Below are positions 54,395 to 64,000 of a stretch of DNA of 64,000 nucleotides, one piece after another. This DNA is from Okamejei kenojei (taxonomy: Eukaryota). The notes under the pieces were generated by a model. That model saw only the letters and a list, made by a program, of their open reading frames with translations, searched no databases and was not told the DNA's origin. Where the stretch lies: the NCBI GenBank assembly GCA_035221665.1, contig CM069158.1, positions 27,156,001-27,220,000 on the forward strand, read 5' to 3'. Position numbers and translations under genes: made by a program. Numbering within the stretch: position 1 is the first letter of the stretch; each line of letters starts with the position of its first letter.

Positions 54395-55308
54395 GTAAGT
54401 TTATTGGCCAAGTATCCACATACAAGGAATTTGCCTTGGTGCTCCGCCCACAAGTAACATGACATACAGTGATAGTTACGAATGACTCAGAAAACACTAA
54501 ACAATAATAATAAAACATTAATGATAAAACACCATTGATCAAGCATGTGAACCAACAAAATACCAGATCAAAGGGAGGCTACAGATTTTTGGTTGTTGAA
54601 TAGAGCAACTACTCGTAGATAAAAACTGTTTTTATGTCTGGCTGTGGCAGTGCGGAGTCGCCTTCCAAAGGGAAGTGATTCAAAGAGATTGCGGCCAGGG
54701 TGAGAGGGGTCAGAGATGATCTTGCCCGCTCACTTACTGGCCCTTGCAGTGTACAGTTCATCAATGGAGGGAAGGTTGCAGCCAATAATCTTCTCTGCTG
54801 ATCGGACGATTCGCTGCAACCTCCAGGTGTCGTGCTTGGTGACCGAGCCAAACCAGACCATGATGGAGTAGGTGAGAACAGACTCTATGATGGCCGTGTA
54901 GAATTGGAACATCATTGCCTGTGGCAGATTGTGCTTCCTCCGCTGCCGCAGGAAGTACATCCTCTGTTGTGCCTTTTTGACTGGAGTCGATGGTAGCCCC
55001 CCACTTGGAGATGATGGTTCCCAGGAACTTAAAAGACTCCACAGATGTGACTGTGGTGTTGTTGATGGTGAGTGGGCTGAGGGGAGGGGAAGCTCTCCTA
55101 AAGTCTACAATCAATTCCACTGTCTTAAGAGCATTGAGCTCTAGGTTGTTGATACGGCACCAAGACGCCAGCTGTGACACTTCCTGTCTGTAGGCAGATT
55201 CCTCCCCATCCTGGATCAGTCCAATCAGGGTTGTGTCGTCAGCAAACTTGAGAAGCTTGACAGAGGTGTCTGTGGAGGTGCAGTCGTTGGTGTAGAGAGA
55301 GCAGAGTA
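54395..55308 (-). mobile_element. Rex1/Babar-type LINE, 5'-truncated
   Basis: LLKFADDTTLIGLIQDGEESAYRQEVSQLASWC..NNLELNALKTVELIVDFRR; FYTAIIESVLT. Confidence 0.92.
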
Positions 55309-56269
55309 GAAATATATCAGCAATACTATCAAGTTGATCGTGAGCTTGACAATTTCTGTATTTTCATATATTTTGTAGCTCCAGTGAATCAGAGCAGTCA
55401 CAAGTGCCACAATCCAATTTCTCATAATTAACAGAGATCTCAAAATCATTTTAAGTAGATGCAATATTTAAGTATGTGCAATTTATTTAATTGTGCTGAG
55501 AAATATCTTCCTCAAATTTTATATTCTTAGTCATAGAAAATAAGATGCAATCTACACATGTGGGCATTTGATGGATAGGAGGTAACCAAAGTAAAGGAAG
55601 CAAGAAACATTTTGTTTTCATTCTGAAGTCACATCCAATACTTTTGGAAAAAAGTAAATTCCACATCTAAACATTTACAGGCTACATGCACTTCGCCAAA
55701 CCATTTCCCATTGGGAAAGATATTTTAATTTCAATTTTAACATGGATATAAGGTATTTGGCAGAAAAGATGCAAGATTATTTTTATTGTTGAAAATTTGA
55801 AGTGTGGCGTTAAATTGACTATTTCTATGAAATCAGCAAAGCTGTGAGGACCAAATTGCTGGATATTCATATATCTGGCAGCTCCAAAGAATCAGTAATG
55901 TCACAAACCCTATAACTAAGAGACCTCAAAAACATTTTAAGTACAGTCCCCTCCATAATGTTTGAGACAAAGACCCATCATTTATTCATTTGCCTCTGTA
56001 CTCCACAATTTGAGATATGTAATAGAAAAAAATCACATGTGGTTAAAGTGCACATTGTCAGATTTTATTAAGGGCCAACTAGAGACAACAGCCAAACATT
56101 AGGCTTACCAAAATCAACTTTGGAACATCATTAAGAAGAGCACAGATGAGCTTACTAATCACAAAGGAATTGGCAAGCCAAAGAAGACCTCCACAGCTGA
56201 TGACAAGAATTCTCTCTATAATAAAGAAAAATCCCCAAACACCTGTGACAGTTCAGAAACACTCTTTAG

Positions 56270-57082
56270 ATGCTAGACACTCCTTGATACAATTTAAAGT
56301 TATACATAGATTACATCTCTCAAAGTCCAAATTAAATAGAATTTTCTCAAATGTGTCCGCAATATGCGATAAGTGTCAACAATTAGAAGCTAATTTAACG
56401 CATTCATTCACAAAATGTATAAAAATCACTAATTTTTGGATAGAGATTTTTAAGATAATCTCAATTGTAGTTAATGCAAAGCTGACTCCAGACTCAAAAC
56501 TAATTATATTGGGAATACTGGAAACAAATCAGATATTAACACAACAAATAATTTTTATCGGTTATAGTTTAATAATTGGTAAAAAATTAATGCTAAGATT
56601 TTGGAAAGGTCCTACTTCCCCCACAACTAAAATGTGGATACAGAAATGTCGGAGACGTTACACTTGGAACGATTAAGGCTTGCCCTGATGGACAGGCTGG
56701 ACCAGTTCAGAGGAATATGGTCTCCATTTATTGAATATTTAAAGGGTCAAGATGGTCCGGTTCGAAGCCATGACGGAAGCCTGAATGTATGAATGGATGA
56801 AGAATTATAGACAATAGATCATGAATATATCTCCATTGAAGAATATCTTGTTTAATATTTCACTCAATCAATTTATCTCTCTCTTTTTTTCTTTTTCTTT
56901 TTCCCTTTTTTATTTCCGACTGCTATAAAATAAAAAAGAAAATTATAGAAGTACAAATAAGATTGATTGTTAATTTTAAAAATATTAAGAATGTATGTGA
57001 CGTTAATATTTTCTTTTGCTTTAATTGGATTTTATATTTCTTAATATGTAATTACTTCTAATAAAAATATCTTACAAAAAAA
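56270..57082 (+). mobile_element. 5'-truncated L1-clade LINE inserted in the Tc1
   Basis: ORF2 C-terminus ARHSLIQFKVIHRLH...CDKC...LTHSFTKC; AATAAA plus A tail; 15-bp TSD agaaacactctttag at 56255-56269 and 57083-57097. Confidence 0.93.
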
Positions 57083-57968
57083 AGAAACACTCTTTAGGAT
57101 TTGTCAATGACCACTGTCCGTAGAAGACTTCATGAACAGAAATACCGTGGCTGCACTGCAAGATGCAAACCACTGGTTAGCCGCAGAAATTGGATGGTCG
57201 GGTTACAGTTCACCAAGAAGTACTTAAAAGTGCAACCATAGTTCTGGAAAAAGGTCTTGTGGACAGATGAGACAAAAATTAACTTATATCAGAGTGATGG
57301 CAAGAGCAAATTATGGAGGAGTGAAGGAACTGCCCAAGATTCAAAGCATATCACCTCATCTGTGGAACACAGTGGTGGGGGTGTTATGGCCTGGGCATGT
57401 ATGGTTACTGAAGGTACTGGCTCACTTATCTTCATTGATGATACAACTGCTGATGGTAGTAGCATAATTAATTCTGATGTGTATAGATACATCCTATCCG
57501 CTCAAGTTCAAACAAATGCCTCAAAACTCATTGACCGGCGGTTCATTCTACAGCAAGACAATGATCCCAAACATACTGCTAAAGCAACAAAGACGTTTTT
57601 CAAACATAAAGAATGGTCAATTTTGTGTGGTCAAGTCAATCACCCGATCTGAACCCAATTGAGCATGCCTTTTTATGCTGAAGAAAAAACCTAAGGGGAC
57701 TAGCCCCCAAAACAAGCATAAGCTAAAGATGGCTGCAATACAGGCCTGGCAGAGCATCACCAGAGAAGACACCCAGCAACTGGTGATGTCCATGAATCGC
57801 AGAGCTCAAACAGTCATTGCATGCAAAGGACATGCAACAAGATACTAAACATGACTACTTTCATTTACATGACATTGCGGTGTCCCAAACAGTATGGTGC
57901 CCTGAAATTGGGAATGGGGTGGGGGGGGGGGGGGGGGGGGGGGGACACGGACTAAGTATAAACACTGC

Positions 57969-58181
57969 TATGGGGCGATAGTCCCGAAATGAAGGCGAGG
58001 AGCCAGATGCTTCGGGAGGTATTTTTAATAGTGTCCTTGTCACCAGAGGAGTCTGCAAGAGGAAGATGGTACCTAAACCCTTGCCTTTTATCCTTCTAGC
58101 TAAAGGCCGCCTCTGGACTCAACCATTCCCGTGCCAAGGGGTTTGATAGTGGGAATGGCCCAACCCTTCAGAGCCGCCACA
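57969..58181 (-). mobile_element. Solo LTR (Gypsy-like) inserted in the Tc1 right end
   Basis: 213 bp; minus strand reads TGTGGCGG...CCCCATA with gataaaagg (TATA-like) and attaaa; 4-bp TSD ctgc; interrupts the aacactgctgtaatttc sequence. Confidence 0.7.
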
Positions 58182-58802
58182 CTGCTGTAATTTCTACATG
58201 GTGAAACCAAAATGTATAAAAATAGCCTTTATTAAAATCTGATAATGTGCACTTTAACTGCATGTGATTTTTTCTATTACAAATCTCAAATTGCAGAGTA
58301 CAGAGGCAAATAAATAAATGATGGATCTTTGTCCCAAACATTATGGACGGCACTGTATATGCAATATAATTCAACTCATTTCAGACCTTAGAAACATATC
58401 CCTCCAATTTTATGGAAAAAATAGATCAGTGTCAAAAGGAGAGGACCAAACTTGCGCAACAACAATTTCGAGTTTGGGGGATAGCAGTAAATATATTAGC
58501 AATAAAAATTGAATATAATTTTTCTAAAACAATGTTACTCAAAACATCTCTTACAGGTCTTGCAACTGGCATGATACCCCAACTTCCGAAATATCCATCA
58601 AATATCCAATAACACAAAGCAGAGAATATCAGTGGTCTAGAGGCCAAATGTGAAGGGAATAGGAGAATGAATAAATCAATAAACAATGTACTTACATACC
58701 AGACTGCAGAGTCAACATGAAATTTATTGGAGCTTTGGCCATTTCAAATACGGCACTGATCACATTTTTCTCCTTGTCCAAGCTTTTATTACTACTCTCC
58801 AA

Positions 58803-60395
58803 AAGAAGTGTCCTATCAATAAGCGATTTCAGTATTTCAACTGCACATGCCCATGTCATAAGTCATAGGTCATTTGCGATAAAAATTCTCGCCAGCCGAG
58901 CTGCTGCATGCAGAGAGACCTGTGTTTCATCCGTATTTTCCAGTTTTGCTTCTTCGAGGTAAGAAACTGCTTTCAAAACTATTAACTAGGTGTATTTATG
59001 GTTTATTTGTACAAAAACGATGACGATTTTGTTGGTTTTATTGCTTTATGCTTCGGTGTTTTATTGCTTTACACTTCGGAGGTGTATAACTGTTATACCA
59101 GTGTCTCTAACTGCCATGTTCAGTAGACATAATATTGTTTAAAGCTCATTGCAGTTATTAGTGTGCCTGGTAAGAACTTCGGCAAACAAACTTTTACAGT
59201 TTTCTGTGATATTTGGATTTGGTCACTCCTTGCAGTGTAGTAATGTAACTTGTAATCATACATACTGCCATATTAATCAATGCAATAAGTGCGGTGATCA
59301 TTCAAGTCGCTTTGCGTTTCATTTTTTTTACTCAGCTGAAAATAAACAAACCGTTGAAACAGGCTCTCACTCTCGCTACTGCCTTTGCAGTGTCCTTGTG
59401 GGTCCATCATTTACATGCCACTGGAAATTAAATCTCACCCCACACTCCTCCACTCTCTATCTCACATTCATCACGAACAGCCACCTGCTACAATAGGTGC
59501 AATGGTCTTTCTTTTGTAATTCCTGCCCACAGTCTCTGATGGGGCCGGTTTCACAGACTTAACCATGACCGGTCACGCTTAACCAGGGCTCTGGGAACTC
59601 GGCATCTGATGGGGACGAGGAGGGTTCCAGAGGGAAGGCAGGGACAACTTAGAATCTGGCAGCAGAGTGGCTCTGTTAATGGGTTCATTCAACAGCGAGT
59701 TCAGTTCAGAAAGAATACACGCCGGTAGATCCGCAGCACTGGTTCAGGAGATCGATCCAATTATTGAACAACAGGAGGTGGAATCCATCTGTGACAGACT
59801 CCACAGTAAGATGTGTCCACAGGAGCGGGTGTTCACTCTGATCAATAACTCGGGCACAGTGAACTTCACAATGTAAAACCATTTTAGTCAAAACTGTCCC
59901 GTAGGCTGCAGACCCGTCTTAACAGTACATTCACACCGCCTGTAGGCAAAGCATCCGCCCACATCACTGTCTGTAGGCAAAGCATCCGCCCACACAGTGA
60001 CCAGATGGTCACTGCCTGCCTCAGATTAAATATATTTTTACACATAAATTAATAAAGATAAGAAAATGTTTCAAACACAAGTAATATATTCTTATTCCAG
60101 GAGCAAACACATTAAGGATTAAATGAAAATAATAAATTCTTTAACATTTTGAATATCCCATAGTTGCAGATTAATGAACTGAACTAGAACTGGGACTGTG
60201 CAAGTAGCGAGTGAACGGCAGAACAAGAAAGGAAGCTATTGAGTCGACAGAATTCTAGATTAATTCATTAGTAGAATAGTTAACAATTTATACATAATTT
60301 ATACAGCACTGTGTTCGCTATTTTCCCCGCAAATGACCTTTGACAAATCCCATAATTTCTTGCGTTTATCGGAATACCAAACTTGCTTATTCTTA
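58803..60395 (-). mobile_element. Non-autonomous TIR DNA transposon, copy B (same ends, inverted, different interior)
   Basis: 58803-58895 matches the reverse complement of 50941-51028; 60330-60390 matches that of 49507-49567; 60019-60064 matches that of 49711-49757. Confidence 0.72.
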
Positions 60396-61904
60396 AAATG
60401 CTTCATTTCTCAAAAGTAAAATTTAGCAACTGATGTAGCATATTATAGTTGGTATTTGAATATGCATTAGAAAGCCACTTGAGGCTACAGCCCTTATACA
60501 TTTATATAACTAACCTTTAAATTATACTTGATGATGAATACAATTCTTTGAGATTACTGCCCAAAGGGCACATAAATTTTTCAAAGTATTTGATGAATTA
60601 CCTTATGAAATACCATTGATAGATTAAAGCCCAGATGAATGGTCAAAATGGCCAAGTAAAAAGTCACAATTTCTCATTAAGGGATTAATTTTGATTGTGG
60701 CTCACCACCAGTTCTGTAATCCTTACTATTCTATGTGTAATTAAAATGTCAAAAATGTCCAACAATAATACTTCTTCGAACAGTGCTCAGGAATAATAAT
60801 GGACCATGCTCAGATTTATAAAAATAGAAAGATTATCAAGGACACGGCAGCAGTAGAGTACAAATTCAATGGTGCCTCAGGATTAAGGATGACTTGCACT
60901 TGCTTCCCTTTGCAATGTAGGAACCATTCCACAAATGGGGAAAGGAGATATATGATGGAACAGATGGTGTAAAGTGGTATGCTGTTATCCTATTTCATTT
61001 GCTCTTCTGTGTGCCAACCGATGGACTCCCAAGATCTGAACACCATGCCAAATGAAACCTCTCTGCTTCGAGTAGTCTTGGGTCAGGGAATCTCAGGAGT
61101 CCGTGGAGGTGTCTTGTTTTCCCCAGGGTTTGAGAGCATCCTTGTCAGAGGAAACTCTGTCCAGTTGATAAATTTCTTTCAATAGCAAAGTTTGGAATAA
61201 AGTGTGGATTGAGCACTCAAAAGTTGTAACCTGGCCAACAGAGCCAAATAAGTCTAATTAAAAACTCAATGGTGGGAATGTCGACCCAATATTGATTTAC
61301 TTATCTTTTCTAGAGTAAGAGGATTTTGTAAATACCTCGCAAGCAGCAGCTTTTCAGTGACGCCTGCTGTAGATAGTCGATGTCTCAGAAACACATGCAA
61401 AAGGATCATTGCTTTGGTGGTATTGATCAGAGAGGACAAGACCCAGTATCCATAGTTTGATGATGAGTTTGGAAAGGATTTTGGGTGTTGAACACAGTGC
61501 TGTAGTCAATGAACAACACTCCGATGTACATATTCCTGTTGTCCAAGTGATCCAGCACAGAATAGAATCCAGCACTATCAATCTGTTGTGGCTGTAGACA
61601 ATTTGAAGTGGGTCCAGGTCATTGTTGAGGCGAGAGTTAACTTGCATTATAATCAACCTCTCGAATCACTTCTTCACATGGAAGAGAGTGCCCACTGGCC
61701 TGTAATCATTGAGATAGATCTACTTGCTCTTCTTGGGCTCCAGAATCACAGAAGTCCTTTTAAAGTGGGGTGTAAGTACCTCGGATTGTAGTAGTAAGAG
61801 GTTGAAGATGTTCACATAACTTCATTCATGTTGATCCGTGCAGCTTTTTGGTCAGGTACACCATCAACTCAATTTACAAATTCACAGGCAACACCACCGT
61901 AGTG

Positions 61905-62735
61905 GGTCAGAGATCAAATAATGACGAGACGGAACACAGGAATCAAATTGTAACCTGGTGTCAAGACAACAACCTTTCTCCCAATGTCACCAAGACAAGG
62001 ACGTAGTGATCGACTTCAGGAAGCGATGTGGTACACATTAATGGTACCGAAGTAGAGATGGTTGAAAGCTTCAGGTTCCTAGGAGTAAATATCACTAACA
62101 ACTTAACCTGGGCTAGCCACATTGAAGCAATGGCAGAAGAAAACACAGAAACGCCTCTACTTCCTTAGAAGGATTATGAAGTTCGGCATGTTCACAACAT
62201 CTCTCACCAACTTCTACAGATACATCATAGAAGGCACTTTATTGGGATGCATCACAGGACCACAAAAAATTGTGATTTTGTGCAGAGAATTGTGGATGTA
62301 GCCTAGACCATCACACAAACCAATCTCCCTTCCATTGAATCCATCTACATTTCATGCTGCCTCAGCACAGCCATCAGCATAATCAAGGATGAGTCGCAGA
62401 CTTCCACTTCTCCCCTTTCCCATCAGACAAGAGGTACAGAAGTGTGAAAACACTTACCTCAGAATCAGGGACAGTTTCGTCCCAGCTGTTACCAGGCAAC
62501 GGAACCATAGAATCATGAACTAGAGAGCAGTCCCAAGCTACCATCTACCTCATTGGAGACCCTCTGACTATCTTTAGTTTGACTTTACCTTGCACTAAAC
62601 ATGATTCTCTTTATCCTGTTTCTGAGCACTGTAGACTGCTCAAATGTAATTATCTATAGACTTTTCGCTGACTGGATAGCATGCAACAAAACGCCTTTCA
62701 CTGTACCTCGACACACATGACAACAATTAAACTAA
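61905..62735 (+). mobile_element. Rex1/Babar-like LINE 3' part (a further decayed minus-strand piece at ~61300-61800)
   Basis: WCQDNNLSPNVTKT, VEMVESFRFLGVNITNNLTW, RLYFLRR; 3' UTR similar to 10620-10970. Confidence 0.82.
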
Positions 62736-63479
62736 GACCAGACGCTTTCCAAGGGTTCACTGTTGGTGGTCTTGGAGATTGAGATCACAGGGGTGTTGGA
62801 GGCCATGGGAGGGCCTGTGAAAATAAATCATTTTTCTCTTTTTTGTAGCAAGATTCCAAAATCGAGAATGCCCATGTAACAGTCTTATTATTTAATAAAA
62901 GTAGTATTAAATTAGATTAATATATTGTTTCCAGGACTTTAACAAACACAAGAGCTGGGCCAGATGCTCCCCACCCGGGTCCTCAGGCAATGTGTTTTGC
63001 AAATACTGCAAGCATATTTTCCAAAAGCTCACTGCACTGTGGGATGGTCCTCACAGAGCCTGGAGAGACACAAATCATCTGGAAAACACATGAACACTGG
63101 TATCCCATGGGGACCGATGTCAGATGCATGGATCTTCATACATAATCTGGATAGGGGTGGGGGATAAAGAGAGCCCTCAGCAAGATTTGAGTGTGTTAGG
63201 GCAAAGGGGATATGCATGCGCTAGAACAATGAACTCATGTTTGGCTTGGACAAAAGTCAAAGTAAAGGGAGTGGGTGAATACTCAATAAATAAGTACGAA
63301 AAAAGCAGAGAGATCTAAACATTGTAGTACAAATATCTCTGAACATACACAAGCAACAACATAAAAACAGATATAGAGCTGGGGTGCTTTGCTGGCCTTG
63401 GTATATCATACAATTTCTTATTGTATATCTGGAGTTTGTACAATACCCAAGCTCTATACCTTGTTGCAGCGTCACAGTG

Positions 63480-63787
63480 TTAGTTTAGATATACAACATG
63501 TAAACTGGGCCTTCAGTCCTTGCTGACCATCGATCACCTGTTCACACTAGTCTATGTTATCCCGCTTTCTCATCCAATCCCTGCACACTAGGAACAATTT
63601 ACAGAGGCCAATTAACCTACAAACCTGCGCGTCTTTATGATGTGGGTGGAAATTGGATGACCCGGAGGAAATCCATGCAGTCACGGGGAGAACGTGCAAA
63701 CTACACACAGACACCACCTGAGATCAGGATCAAACCCGATTCTCTGGCACTGGAGGCAGCAGCTCAACCAATTGCACCACTGTGCGT
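63480..63787 (-). mobile_element. tRNA-derived SINE (same family), full length
   Basis: gcacagtggtgcaattggttgagctgctgcctc...gggtttgatcctga head, core, and CR1-like tail. Confidence 0.85.
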
Positions 63788-63800
63788 CCATATTACTTAA

Positions 63801-64000
63801 TCCGACCTTTCCGTCCAGGGCCTCCAAGGCCAGAGTGAGGCCCACCGTAAATTGGAGGAGCTGCACCTCATATTTCGCTTGGGCAGTTTACACCCCAGCG
63901 GTATGAACATTGACTTCTCCAATTTCAGGTAGTCCCTGCTTTCTCCTCCCCTTCCCAGCTCTCCCTCAGCCCACTGTCACTGCCTCTTCCTTTCTTCTTC
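63801..64000 (+). mobile_element. Penelope-like element, GIY-YIG C-terminus plus 3' UTR
   Basis: SDLSVQGLQGQSEAHRKLEELHLIFRLGSLHPSGMNIDFSNFR* at 63801-63932. Confidence 0.85.

Larger units (their letters stand above)
55944..58355 (+). mobile_element. Second Tc1-like family element, decayed, with nested insertions
   Basis: TA|CAGTCCCCTCCATAATGTTTG ... CAAACATTATGGACGGCACTG|TA; LWTDETKINL, HSGGGVMAWAC and LQQDNDPKH in ORF 57257..57652. Confidence 0.95.

Noticed and set aside
49481-60395. One 11-kb transposon bounded by the outer inverted repeats
   Set aside because: The inner ends (51028 and 58803) also match each other and pair with the outer ends as TIRs, so two inverted copies is the simpler reading.
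51030-64000. DOT1L exon 1 or promoter
   Set aside because: No MGEKLELRL-like coding sequence or promoter CpG island found; it must lie beyond the window.

Overview
Vertebrate genomic DNA. The repeat content (HE1/V-SINE-like SINEs, CR1, Rex1/Babar and Penelope-like elements) points to a cartilaginous fish, probably a skate or ray. Almost the whole window is the DOT1L gene (histone H3K79 methyltransferase) on the minus strand. Exons 2-5 and 7-27 plus two alternative C-terminal exons were mapped by hand with GT-AG boundaries and consistent phases. Exon 1 lies beyond 64000 and exon 6 is most likely in the 176-N gap. Most unusual observations: (1) two inverted copies of a ~1.6 kb non-autonomous TIR element in intron 1 share ends but carry different cargo, one containing a captured, decayed ZFP36/TTP-family gene fragment; (2) exon 27 appears cut to 180 nt by an internal donor, with the rest decayed; (3) a templated copy of the AT-hook exon lies between 23-bp direct repeats; (4) several candidate poison exons; (5) a Crypton-like palindrome abuts exon 4; (6) a Tc1 element carries a nested L1 and a solo LTR. 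Homology calls rest on recalled family sequences, and no searches were run.
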